Part shown: positions 1 through 8,682 of the stretch, piece by piece
Layout: every line of letters begins with the position of its first letter
How positions within the stretch are numbered: position 1 is the first letter of the stretch
DNA from: Spirochaetota bacterium
GTDB taxonomy: Bacteria; Spirochaetota; UBA4802; UBA5550
Length of the DNA: 28,240 bases
Assembly: GCA_050298055.1 (NCBI GenBank)
Contig: JBNKTL010000058.1
Coordinates: 1-28,240 of the forward strand
Direction of reading: 5' to 3'
Made by a program: the position numbers and the translations under genes
Notes under the pieces: model-generated
What the model saw: only the letters and a program-made list of their open reading frames with translations
The model's database searches: none
Told to the model about the DNA's origin: nothing

Positions 1-82
1 TTGATAATCGAGGTAGATTTATACAATAACTGTTTATTTCAATTTGTAAAAATCGACAGACAAGGGGGATGGGGGGGAAATC

Positions 83-907
83 ATGAGTGAAGAGAAAAAA
101 ATGACAGAAACTATTTTTCAAAGAACCGAACTCCTTCTGGGGAAAGAGACAATGGAGCGGCTTCATGAAACAAAAGTCATACTTTTCGGAGTGGGAGGTG
201 TGGGGAGCTGGTGCGCCGAAGGCCTTGTCCGCTCGGGGATAGGAAGCCTTGCCTTGGTGGATTTCGATACTGTCTGCGAATCAAATACAAACCGGCAGCT
301 CCATGCAACATCCGCCACTGTGGGAGGGGTGAAGGTTGATGTTATGAAGAAAAGGCTCCTGGAGATAAATCCCCGCGTGGAAATCAGCGCAATCCCCGGG
401 GTCTATTCGGAAGAACATTCCGCGGAATTCAGGCTCACTGATTACCACTATATCATCGACGCCATAGACATCCTTGAGAGTAAAATCCACCTCATAAAGT
501 CCGCCCTTGAGACGGAATCAACCCTCTACTCATCAATGGGAGCGGCACTGAAAACCGACCCGGGAAAAATAAAGACCGGCAGTATCTGGAAGACCAGCGG
601 ATGTCCCCTTGCCCGAAGGATACGAAACTCCCTGAGAAAGATGAATTTAACAAAAGACTTTCAGTGCGTTTACAGCGACGAGGCCGTGAAAAAACCGTAT
701 AAGACAGGCCCACAGAATGGGGCGGAAAAGGAAGATGAGAAGACCTGCGCGGTTCCCGTCTCCAGGGAAACCGCGGAAGGACGGTTACTTGCGGAGAAAA
801 AGAGGGCCAACGGCTCCCTGGTGCACGTCACGGCAATATTCGGTTTTATCCTCGCGGGGATGGTTATTAATTCAGTTGAGGGTTCCGGGTTCCAGGTTTC
901 GGATTAA
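83..907 (+). CDS. tcdA: tRNA threonylcarbamoyladenosine dehydratase (ThiF/E1-like family)
   Basis: FQRTELLLG, GVGGVGSW nucleotide-binding motif, DFDTVCESNTNRQL, IIDAID, SSMGAA, CPLARRIR and C-terminal GSLVHVTAIFG. The start could be the second Met (101). Confidence 0.9.
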   Translation: MSEEKKMTETIFQRTELLLGKETMERLHETKVILFGVGGVGSWCAEGLVRSGIGSLALVDFDTVCESNTNRQLHATSATVGGVKVDVMKKRLLEINPRVEISAIPGVYSEEHSAEFRLTDYHYIIDAIDILESKIHLIKSALETESTLYSSMGAALKTDPGKIKTGSIWKTSGCPLARRIRNSLRKMNLTKDFQCVYSDEAVKKPYKTGPQNGAEKEDEKTCAVPVSRETAEGRLLAEKKRANGSLVHVTAIFGFILAGMVINSVEGSGFQVSD

Positions 908-983
908 GAGAAAGTGGTTTAGCCGCAGATGGGACGCGGATGAAAGATAAAGAAAGAGTTTAATTAAACTTCCTTATTCAATT

Positions 984-1091
984 TTACAACCTAATGCAGT
1001 CGTATATTTTAGTTGCACCATTTTCAAACAATACTTCCAGTTGCTTATCTTGAAGTATTTTTACTGATTTAATTTTGGGATATTCGTTCAT
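984..1091 (-). pseudogene. Truncated DUF2442-like protein (N-terminal 35 aa only)
   Basis: MNEYPKIKSVKILQDKQLEVLFENGATKIYDC matches the usual DUF2442 N-terminus and then stops early. It begins 4 nt after a DUF4160-like C-terminus. Confidence 0.65.
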
Positions 1092-1095
1092 TATA

Positions 1096-1344
1096 TTATT
1101 CCAGTCCCGGTAATTGGATAAATTTTTGTGTTTTCCACATCTCAAAAAGTTCTTTCTGATATTTTTGCGCTCATTCTTTGACCATTTTTTCTGCCCTACC
1201 ATCCAGTATTTCAAGTTCTGCGGTTGGTATCCATATACAAACTGTTGGCATATCATTTGGACTTACAGATAATCTCCGCCCATTTAGAAGAATAATTTCT
1301 TCTCCATCTTTTTCTACTTCCATTAATGTTCCTTCTTCTTTCAT
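1096..1344 (-). pseudogene. Chimeric relic: unknown N-terminal fragment fused in frame to a DUF4160-like C-terminus, with an internal TGA
   Basis: Manual translation: MKEEGTLMEVEKDGEEIILLNGRRLSVSPNDMPTVCIWIPTAELEILDGRAEKMVKE*AQKYQKELFEMWKTQKFIQLPGLE*. The tail resembles DUF4160 ends, and the TGA at 1171-1173 sits where Trp is expected. Confidence 0.55.
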
Positions 1345-1570
1345 GACTTTTCTCTTATGAATTTATCATCTTGCTAAAGTTTTCACCAGAATATTGGCAA
1401 ATTACAAGATGTCAAGAAAAGTAAAAAAGGTCCTTTGTGCATCAACACCTCTATAAACCGTAACCAAAAACTGTACTTTACCCTGACCGTCCAAAATATT
1501 TATTTTCTTTGTGTCTCTTTGGTAAATGATAAAATTGTTTAAAAAATATTATACTATACATATTTTTAGC

Positions 1571-1597
1571 TAAACATATATATAGCTTTTCCGATAT
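1571..1597 (+). promoter_or_regulatory. Sigma-28 (FliA/SigD)-type promoter
   Basis: TAAA (1571-1574), 15 nt spacer, TCCGATAT (1590-1597), against consensus TAAA-N15-GCCGATA(A/T). SD AAGGAG follows at 1621-1626. Confidence 0.7.
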
Positions 1598-1633
1598 TAT
1601 TTATGAGACAAAATTACTTCAAGGAGAAAAGTT

Positions 1634-2011
1634 ATGAAAATCTACACAATGAAAGAAAGAGTAAAAAAGAACCGCATCACTTTTATATCCCGGGAGGAAC
1701 CGTGCGGCAGCAGGGTGCTGAAAAAAGCCGCGGGGGGAGAGGATATTGTTGAAATATCCGGCAGAGCCAGGCAGAAATTAAATGAAGAGAATGTCATAAA
1801 AATGAAAAAAGTCCGTGAGGAGAAAGAAAAAGAGAAACAGAGGGAGGAGATAAAAGAGCTCATTCTCGAGCAGGATAGAAAGGCGGAAACCCGGCGAAAA
1901 ACCAGGATTGCCCGATTAAAGATATCAATGAACAATATCAATGCAATCCACAATAATCCGGAGGTGTTGAAGGAGACCTCGGCAATGATTGCATCCCTGT
2001 TTATAGACTAA
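1634..2011 (+). CDS. Hypothetical protein, FlgM-like (anti-sigma-28) features
   Basis: DIVEISGRAR motif and C-terminal RKTRIARLK...PEVLKETSAMIASLF helices resemble FlgM. It has a good SD and an upstream sigma-28 promoter. Confidence 0.5.
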   Translation: MKIYTMKERVKKNRITFISREEPCGSRVLKKAAGGEDIVEISGRARQKLNEENVIKMKKVREEKEKEKQREEIKELILEQDRKAETRRKTRIARLKISMNNINAIHNNPEVLKETSAMIASLFID

Positions 2012-2087
2012 GCAGGGATGTGCTCCGGAGGCAAAGCAGAAGACCTGTTGCTTTGCAGCCCCTGTGAAGATGCGGCAAAGAGGAAAC

Positions 2088-2315
2088 CTAGATACTGAAA
2101 CCGCAGTGAGGACATTCCAGTGACGAGGATCTGGATTCAGGATCGGAGAGAGATTCCCGGTCCCTGAAGATCGTTTCACACTCTTCACATATGAAATATT
2201 CCTCCGTGCAGTTTTTACAGGTTAAGACATCAAGAACATCCTCAGCGCATACGGGACAGATATTGTCATTTTTTCTGCTCTTTTTGGAATTCACATCAAT
2301 GACCTCATAACTCAA
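2088..2315 (-). CDS. Small zinc-ribbon protein
   Basis: 75 aa, TTG start, four CxxC pairs (CPVC, CKNC, CEEC, CPHC). Confidence 0.6.
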   Translation of the reverse strand: MSYEVIDVNSKKSRKNDNICPVCAEDVLDVLTCKNCTEEYFICEECETIFRDRESLSDPESRSSSLECPHCGFSI

Positions 2316-2461
2316 AAATAATCCGAAAACTTATCACCTTAATCCTGTAAAAAATATTCTCTTAAATGCCCGGTCTATTCAATCATTGATGTAATTGGAA
2401 TATTTTTGCAATAAAAAAACACTTTTCTCTGCCGGAATCTTCAAGAAATGTAATATACCCG

Positions 2462-2520
2462 GTAACGATCCAAGCTTAGTATAAGAATAATCAGATCCAA
2501 TAAAAAAGATAACTGATTAA
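2462..2520 (+). repeat. Degenerate left arm of the GTAACTACTCAG element family
   Basis: GTAACGATCCAAGCTTAGTATAAGAATAATC...AAAAAAGATAACTGAT resembles the left arms at 10507, 12281 and 27478. No right end was seen. Confidence 0.4.
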
Positions 2521-2550
2521 AAAATGTGCCCCTGAATCAACAGGGGCACA
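2519..2550 (-). terminator. Intrinsic terminator of the nfeD-SPFH operon
   Basis: Perfect 10-bp stem TGTGCCCCTG/CAGGGGCACA (2525-2550) followed by a T-run on the minus strand, about 50 nt after the SPFH stop. Confidence 0.75.
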
Positions 2551-2601
2551 AAGAACATTATCCAAAAGTTAAAAATTTCTTCGAAGTATCCTTCTCCCGG
2601 C

Positions 2602-3360
2602 TTACTTCTTTTTCATCAGATCCGATAAAAAATCAAGGGGTATGGGAAAGATTGTTGTGGAATTGTTTTCCGTTGCAATCTCGGTGGTCGTCTGGAGATA
2701 CCTCAACTGAAGAGCAATGGGATGCTTTTCGATAAGGGCGGCAGCCTCTATCATCTTCTGGGCCGCCTGGAACTCACCCTCCGCGTGGATAATTTTGGCC
2801 CTTCTCTCCCTTTCCGCTTCAGCCTGTTTCGCCATGGCCCTCTGCATCTCCTGGGGAAGGTCCACATGCTTCACTTCAACGGAAGTTACTTTTATTCCCC
2901 AGGGCTCCGTATGGTGGTCAAGAATGTCCTGCAGCTGTTCATTGATCTTCTCCCTCGCAGTAAGGAGCTCATCAAGTTCCACCATTCCCAGAATACTTCT
3001 CAGGGTAGTCTGTGAGAGCTGTGATGTGGCATAGAGGAAGTCATCCACCTCTGTAATGGCAAGGTTCGGGTCCATTACCCTGAAATAGACAACAGCACTA
3101 ACCTTAATGGAGACATTGTCCTTGGTGATGACATCCTGGGGAGGAACATCCAGCGCAACAAGCCTGAGACTGACCCTCTCCCACTTATCGATAAAGGGGA
3201 TAATGATGATCAGTCCGGGCCCCTTTGCCTTTTTAATAAGCCTTCCCAGCCTGAAAACAACCGCCCTCTCGTATTCCTTGACTATTTTTACAGCCGATAA
3301 AAAGAGTAAAATCAGGATAACTATCAATGTTGGAACAAATGAAGGTACGAAACCGTACAT
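2602..3360 (-). CDS. SPFH/band 7 stomatin-like (slipin) protein
   Basis: N-terminal [57 protein letters not shown]. Confidence 0.95.
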   Translation of the reverse strand: MYGFVPSFVPTLIVILILLFLSAVKIVKEYERAVVFRLGRLIKKAKGPGLIIIIPFIDKWERVSLRLVALDVPPQDVITKDNVSIKVSAVVYFRVMDPNLAITEVDDFLYATSQLSQTTLRSILGMVELDELLTAREKINEQLQDILDHHTEPWGIKVTSVEVKHVDLPQEMQRAMAKQAEAERERRAKIIHAEGEFQAAQKMIEAAALIEKHPIALQLRYLQTTTEIATENNSTTIFPIPLDFLSDLMKKK

Positions 3361-3422
3361 AACAACCTCCTCTAATACATGAAGAATTCATTTATATTGA
3401 ACAGTACGAAAAAACGCAACTG

Positions 3423-4769
3423 TTATGAGTCAATTTTTTTGACAATAAGCACCATCTCTCTCACATCAACTACTTCTACCGGATCGCCTGTTTTGATCTC
3501 CTCTTCCGATTCCGCGCTCCAGATCTCACCATGCACCTTCACTTTCCCTGTTTTATCAAAATCTTTCAGGGAAAAACCATGATTTCCAATAAGGCCTTCC
3601 TTTCCGGTGGTAACATCCCCCCTGTGAACATTGAAAATAGACCGAATAACGAAAAAAACAATACCCAGCACAACCAGTACCGTTGCAATTATTGATGACA
3701 TGGGAATATGACCTCCGGGGAGCGGCGAATCGAAGAGAATCATCGATCCAAGCATAAATGATACAATACCGCCAATTGTAAGCAGACCATAACTGGTAAT
3801 CGACAGCTCAAGGATAAAAAGCACAATTGAGAGAAGAATAAGAACAAGCCCCACCACATTTATGGGAATGACCTGGATTGCCATGAGAAAAATAAAGAGC
3901 GCGATTGCGCCGATTGTTCCCGGCACGATCATACCGGGACTTTTAAACTCGATACCGATACCCACAATGGCAATAATAAGCAGAAGGAAGATGATCTGTG
4001 GATCTGCAAAATAGTTCAGGAGCTTCTGCTTCCAGTCCATCTGGTATTCCAGCGGCATTATCCCCGCGGTCTTAAAGGTATAATCGGAACCATTCAGGTC
4101 AATGGTCATGCCATTGAGTTTTTTCAGAAGATCATTCATATCTTCCGCCACAAGGTCAATGACCCCCAGGGAGAGGGCCTCCTTATAGGTGTTGGATATT
4201 GCCTCTCTCACGGCTCTCGTTGCCCATTTGACATTGCGCTTTCTCTTCTGCGCAAGGCTCCGGGCATATGCTATTGTATCATTGAGGACCTTTTTCTCCA
4301 TGGGACCTTCCGGTTTGCCCTCTTTGTCCTTTTGCATGAAATTGAGCATGGGGCTAACAGGATGCATGGCGCCTATCTCCGTACCGGGGGCCATGACCGC
4401 TACATGGGCGGAGAGCATAATGAATCCGCCGGCAGATGCCGCCTGTGCGCCTTTGGGATATGTATAGACAACCACCGGTATTCTCGATGTGAGGATACTC
4501 TTGATGATCTCCCTCATTGAGGTCAGGAGGCCGCCGGGTGTATCAAGCTGAAGGACGATAAAAGAAGCACCTTCAAGGGACGCCTTTCTTATGTGCTTGG
4601 TGATGTATTCCGAAACAACAGGATTAACCGATCCCTGAAGTTTCAGGACCGCGTACTTCTCAGCGGCAATTGAACGGGAAGACGACGAGAGAAATATCAG
4701 AATCACTAACAGAAAAAAACTGAAGACAGTAAGAAATCTCTTTGTCATACGCGGACCTGCAAACTCCAT
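3423..4769 (-). CDS. nfeD: NfeD family membrane-bound ClpP-class serine protease (stomatin operon partner)
   Basis: LDTPGGL, AASAG, GAMHPV, multi-TM middle region, C-terminal OB fold (GKVKVHGEIWSA), directly upstream of the SPFH gene. The start may be 4748. Confidence 0.93.
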   Translation of the reverse strand: MEFAGPRMTKRFLTVFSFFLLVILIFLSSSSRSIAAEKYAVLKLQGSVNPVVSEYITKHIRKASLEGASFIVLQLDTPGGLLTSMREIIKSILTSRIPVVVYTYPKGAQAASAGGFIMLSAHVAVMAPGTEIGAMHPVSPMLNFMQKDKEGKPEGPMEKKVLNDTIAYARSLAQKRKRNVKWATRAVREAISNTYKEALSLGVIDLVAEDMNDLLKKLNGMTIDLNGSDYTFKTAGIMPLEYQMDWKQKLLNYFADPQIIFLLLIIAIVGIGIEFKSPGMIVPGTIGAIALFIFLMAIQVIPINVVGLVLILLSIVLFILELSITSYGLLTIGGIVSFMLGSMILFDSPLPGGHIPMSSIIATVLVVLGIVFFVIRSIFNVHRGDVTTGKEGLIGNHGFSLKDFDKTGKVKVHGEIWSAESEEEIKTGDPVEVVDVREMVLIVKKIDS

Positions 4770-4792
4770 TATATTTAATCCCTTTACTCTTT

Positions 4793-5027
4793 GTAACTAT
4801 TCAATTATATGATTAAATAAGAATTATGTCAATGTCATTCCCGCGAAAGCGGGAATCCAAATGCATATAATAAATAAAAAGAGTAAACGCATCAACCAAT
4901 TTACTTAATAACGTAACATGGATCCCGGCTCTTCGCTTCGCTTCGGCCGGGATGACAGACTCATGAAAAATTACATCTATTCTTTTTTTAATAAAATAAT
5001 TATTAATATACATAATCATTGTATGAC
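4793..5027 (-). mobile_element. MITE-like element copy A, double-hairpin (REPIN-like) core
   Basis: End GTAACTATTCAATTATATGATT. Hairpins GTCATTCCCGCGAAAGCGGGAATCCA (4834-4859) and TGGATCCCGGCTCTTCGCTTCGCTTCGGCCGGGATGAC (4919-4956). Inverted homologue of 26854-27048; the far end is degenerate. Confidence 0.7.
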
Positions 5028-5071
5028 AGAAGTATATGTCAAAAATGAATGTTTATGTCAAGCAATATTGG

Positions 5072-6493
5072 TTATTGAGACAGCCTGATGTCAAATTCAC
5101 CTTTCATGATCCGGTAGATGTCATCAAAACTTCCGTTTGACATCACCACAAAGACGTTTTTATTCCCGCCGGTGATTCCCTCCGCAGCGATCCTGATTAT
5201 GGAGAAAACATCAGGAAGAATATCCGCGTCAATACCCTCCTCCTGAAGCTGAGAGAGAAGTTTCCCGGTATCAAGCCTCTCCTCTTCCCTGATTTTTTCA
5301 CTGCGGTATGGTGTTTTGATCAATACCCTCTCTGCGCTTTTAAAGGCGCCGGGAAGAAGGTCCTGAAGGACATTCCTGCAGCTGGTGGCGGACCTCGGCT
5401 CATAGATGGCCCATATCCTATGACCGGGGAACCTCTCCCTCACCGACTCAAGGATGGACCGTATGGCTGTGGGATGATGGGCAAAATCCTCGAGTATGAT
5501 CTGTCCCTCCCTGTCATAGATTATCTCCTGTCTTCTGCCGATACCGGTAAACGTTTCAACACCCCTGGCCACATCATGGCTTTTTACTCCCAGGAGAAGC
5601 GCTGCGGATGCTGCCGCTGTTATGTTGTCCCTGTTGAATCCGCCAAAGAGCCTGCTTTTCAGGGGGATATCCGCCCCGCCCTTTCCCCGGAAAACAATCT
5701 CCGAAAAGATACTGTTCTGCTGCATATGGCCTGACTGTTCCGAGAAGAAATCAGAACCCTCACTGCCGTAACTATAAAGCCGGGAGAGAGACCCCTCTGT
5801 GACCTCTTCCAGGTCCCTGTACCGGGATGAATAGATGATATTTCCCCGGGAGGGGATAATATTAACCAGTCTCGTGAACCAGGTCTTGATTTCGTCCAGG
5901 CTGTTGTAAATATCAGCATGATCGAATTCCAGGGAGGTGAGGACCAGGTGGTCGGGCCTGTAGCAGATGAATTTGGGCAGCTTCTGAAAAAAGGATGAAT
6001 CGTACTCATCCCCTTCGATAACGAAAAATCTTCCCCTTCCCAGGCGGTATCCCGAACCGTAATTGTTGAGATATCCTCCCACAAAAAACGACGGGTCTTC
6101 GCCGGCTTCCACAAGTATATGGGAGAGAAGTCCCGCCGTGGTGCTTTTCCCGTGGGTCCCGGAAACTGAAATGACTTCTTTCTCCCTGAGGAAAAACCTG
6201 TAAAGAGCGTCCGCCATGGAGAGAGAGGGGACCCTGTTATTCAGGATATGCTCAACCTCCGGATTTCCCCTGCTCACAGAGTTCCCGATTATTACCAGGT
6301 CGGTGTCCCTGATATTATCGCTTCCGTAACCCTGAAAGAGCTCAATATCCAGCTCATTCAGCATACCACTCATGGGGGGATAAAACTCTTTATCCGATCC
6401 CGACACACGGTACCCTTTATCAACAAGCATTCCCGCCAGGTTCCCCATACCGATTCCACAAATTCCGGTGAGATGTATCTTTTTCATTTGCAT
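5072..6493 (-). CDS. mpl: UDP-MurNAc:L-Ala-gamma-D-Glu-meso-DAP ligase (murein peptide ligase; MurC-like)
   Basis: GICGIGMGNLA, YPPMS, SRGNPEVE, GTHGKSTT, EGDEYDSSFF, LEFDHADIY, DFAHHPTAI, EPRSATS, MSNGSFD are Mpl-type motifs. Confidence 0.88.
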   Translation of the reverse strand: MQMKKIHLTGICGIGMGNLAGMLVDKGYRVSGSDKEFYPPMSGMLNELDIELFQGYGSDNIRDTDLVIIGNSVSRGNPEVEHILNNRVPSLSMADALYRFFLREKEVISVSGTHGKSTTAGLLSHILVEAGEDPSFFVGGYLNNYGSGYRLGRGRFFVIEGDEYDSSFFQKLPKFICYRPDHLVLTSLEFDHADIYNSLDEIKTWFTRLVNIIPSRGNIIYSSRYRDLEEVTEGSLSRLYSYGSEGSDFFSEQSGHMQQNSIFSEIVFRGKGGADIPLKSRLFGGFNRDNITAAASAALLLGVKSHDVARGVETFTGIGRRQEIIYDREGQIILEDFAHHPTAIRSILESVRERFPGHRIWAIYEPRSATSCRNVLQDLLPGAFKSAERVLIKTPYRSEKIREEERLDTGKLLSQLQEEGIDADILPDVFSIIRIAAEGITGGNKNVFVVMSNGSFDDIYRIMKGEFDIRLSQ

Positions 6494-6607
6494 TTATTTT
6501 CTCTTTGTATACACTTATGATTAATGGTGATTTTTTCAGTCAATGACAATTCATTTTCTCACAGAAAATTTCCTTGACTGATGAAACGGCAATTAGATTT
6601 GTAAATT

Positions 6608-7150
6608 ATGAATGTCCTGAGATCATTAACTCCCTTCTCCGCACCGGTACATGCAGCCCTATTACTGCTTTTTACCACCCTGCCGCTCCATGCCGGTGAT
6701 CCTCCCTGGGGTACCGATTATTCGGAGTTTGTGAAGATAAGGTCATCATCCATAATAACAGAATTTAAACCGTCGGAAAAACCCGCATACAAACATAAAA
6801 TTCTCACCTTTATTACCGGGATCAATCCTGAGATCATTAACCGGATAAAAGTCGTGAGGATACGCTCAAATCCTGTTTATGATTATATGTTTATCAACAA
6901 CAGGCTCTACACCATAAAGAAAAACTGGGATTTAATATCTGCCAGGGATGAAAAAAAAATCTCATCAGACCTCAGGAGAAGATTTGGGAAACCGGATATC
7001 AAGGATGACGGAAAGCTGAGGATATCCTCTTTTAGAAAAGGCCGGACAAAAGTGATCTACTACAGGCTGCTCTTCGATAACGGAACGGCCCGCTGCACAA
7101 CCTATTACTATTCAACACGCATGTTCAGAATGCTTTTCATGGAGAGATAG
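6608..7150 (+). CDS. Hypothetical exported basic protein
   Basis: 180-aa ORF with signal-peptide-like N-terminus (ALLLLFTTLPLHA), divergent from mpl. Confidence 0.65.
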   Translation: MNVLRSLTPFSAPVHAALLLLFTTLPLHAGDPPWGTDYSEFVKIRSSSIITEFKPSEKPAYKHKILTFITGINPEIINRIKVVRIRSNPVYDYMFINNRLYTIKKNWDLISARDEKKISSDLRRRFGKPDIKDDGKLRISSFRKGRTKVIYYRLLFDNGTARCTTYYYSTRMFRMLFMER

Positions 7151-7358
7151 TATTAGTTCCGAGTTCCGAGTTCCAAGTTGAAGAGGGAGATGTGCAATTA
7201 CTAACACCTCAATTTCTGAAGGGATCAAGATATATCTGGCTTCTGTCTTAGAGAACTTACGAATAATTACTTTTTTTATTTCTTAATTTCCTTGACATTT
7301 TTTTATAAAAAATAATAGTTGCAAACCATAGAAAATTGATTGAAATAAAGGTAAAAAA

Positions 7359-7643
7359 TTGGCAAACATAAAATCACAGAAGAAGCGAAACAGGCAGAAT
7401 GAAAAGCGAAGGATGAAAAACGTCAGCGTCAGGTCATCTATCAGAACTGCCGGTAAAAGAGTTATAAAATTAATTGAATCCAAAGAAGAAAAGAACCCCG
7501 AGATGCTGCAGGAGCTCTTTAAAAAGTATGTAAAGACCATTGATACTGCCGCGGGCAAAGGGATTGTCAAGAAGACCACCGCCGCAAGGAAAAAATCGAG
7601 ACTGGCAAAGAAAGTGAACAGCACCGTTCAGCAGTCTGCGTAG
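7359..7643 (+). CDS. rpsT: 30S ribosomal protein S20
   Basis: MANIKSQKKRNRQNEKRR...IDTAAGKGIVKKTTAARKKSRL; TTG start. Confidence 0.97.
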   Translation: MANIKSQKKRNRQNEKRRMKNVSVRSSIRTAGKRVIKLIESKEEKNPEMLQELFKKYVKTIDTAAGKGIVKKTTAARKKSRLAKKVNSTVQQSA

Positions 7644-7663
7644 CTATCGAGGGATAACCCCCT

Positions 7664-7933
7664 TTGACAAAGACTGATATCATCAGGGACCTGTCCATTA
7701 AAAGCGGATTAAAGAGAAATGATATTGCAAAAGTTGTTGACGGGTTCCTGGAAAAAATCATAGAGATAACAGAGAACAACGAACAGGTAGAGATAAGAGG
7801 ATTCGGGACATTTCACCGGGTTGAGAAAAAGGAACGGACAGTCAACTCACCCATCGCGGGCAAAAAAGTCCGGGTTCCGGCAAAGACAGTCCTCGGTTTT
7901 AAAGCGAGCAAATCAACCGAAAAGGTTATTTGA
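7664..7933 (+). CDS. hup: HU/IHF-family DNA-binding protein
   Basis: MTKTDII...VEIRGFGTF...NSPIAGKKVRVPAKTVLGFKAS; SD GAGGG and TTG start. Confidence 0.9.
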   Translation: MTKTDIIRDLSIKSGLKRNDIAKVVDGFLEKIIEITENNEQVEIRGFGTFHRVEKKERTVNSPIAGKKVRVPAKTVLGFKASKSTEKVI

Positions 7934-7940
7934 ATAGAAA

Positions 7941-8013
7941 GGGCGCTTAGCTCAGCTGGGAGAGCATCTGCCTTACAAGCAGAGGGTCACAGGTTCAAGC
8001 CCTGTAGCGCCCA
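7941..8013 (+). tRNA. tRNA-Val (anticodon TAC)
   Basis: Acceptor GGGCGCT/AGCGCCC, D arm GCTC/GAGC, anticodon arm TCTGC-CTTACAA-GCAGA, T loop GGTTCAAGCC. CCA is not encoded. Confidence 0.97.
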
Positions 8014-8016
8014 ATT

Positions 8017-8047
8017 AAAAAAACCACCAAACGCTGGTGGTTTTTTT
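8017..8047. terminator. Bidirectional intrinsic terminator
   Basis: AAAAAAACCACCA-AACGC-TGGTGGTTTTTTT directly after the tRNA. Confidence 0.85.
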
Positions 8048-8384
8048 ATGCTAACTTCAACTTATCCTCAGTTATACCGGTAAAAAAATCTGAAGACCAG
8101 AGTGAAAGATCATCCTGATTCTTAATAAATGGGGAAACATCAATTTTAACCAGGTTAAAGTCTATTGAGTTAAAACGCTCTTTAAGTTTTATATGTAAAA
8201 TCTCCTCTGAGAAATCTTCATTTTCAGCAAGGTGCCCGGATTGAACCATCCGGTTTTTCAAGTGTTTAAAATTCAATTTTATCCCCCGGGAAAGATACCA
8301 CACATAAACATAATAATCTCTTCCTTTTACACGGTTTCGCCATTTCCTGCAGAGAATTGCATGCAATTTCCCCTGGCTATCCAT
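8046..8384 (-). pseudogene. AbiEii-family nucleotidyltransferase toxin, C-terminal remnant
   Basis: GKLHAILCRKWRNRVKGRDYY...HLKNRMVQSGHL...DVSPFIKNQDDLSLWSSDFF. The N-terminal GGT motif region is absent. Confidence 0.75.
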
Positions 8385-8540
8385 TTTAAAAACAGGGTAA
8401 ATATTTTTTTTCTGTAGAGGGGAGCCAGAAAAACAAATACCTCTTTGTTCATGGCAGATATGTTCTCATGATCAATTCGGAGGTCTTCAAAAAGATATGC
8501 AGCAAGCGCTTTCATTGAAGTTACCCCTCTTGCTTTGCTT
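8385..8540 (-). pseudogene. AbiEi-like antitoxin C-terminal remnant
   Basis: ARGVTSMKALAAYLFEDLRID...LAPLYRKK resembles C-termini of the proteins encoded upstream of this AbiEii subtype. It abuts the AbiEii fragment; boundaries are approximate. Confidence 0.5.
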
Positions 8541-8682
8541 CAAAGCCCTCCCCTTTAAAAACCTGAAATTCTCCTTTTAAATTATTTCATTTAAAAATCT
8601 TGCCATTTTATCTCATTCAGCATTTATTGTCCCAATTATCTCAAATACAGAATTCACAGATTTTACAGGGAAATCAAAAAAT

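Noticed and set aside
2011..2087. c-di-GMP-I riboswitch-like GCAAAGCAACAGGTCT on the minus strand
   Set aside because: It lies between convergent 3' ends and lacks the GAAA-tetraloop P2 stem. An ordinary hairpin or terminator is more likely.
4813..5019. 68-aa ORF containing VIPAEAKRRAGI and LDSRFRGND
   Set aside because: Translation artefact of the palindromic repeat in copy A.
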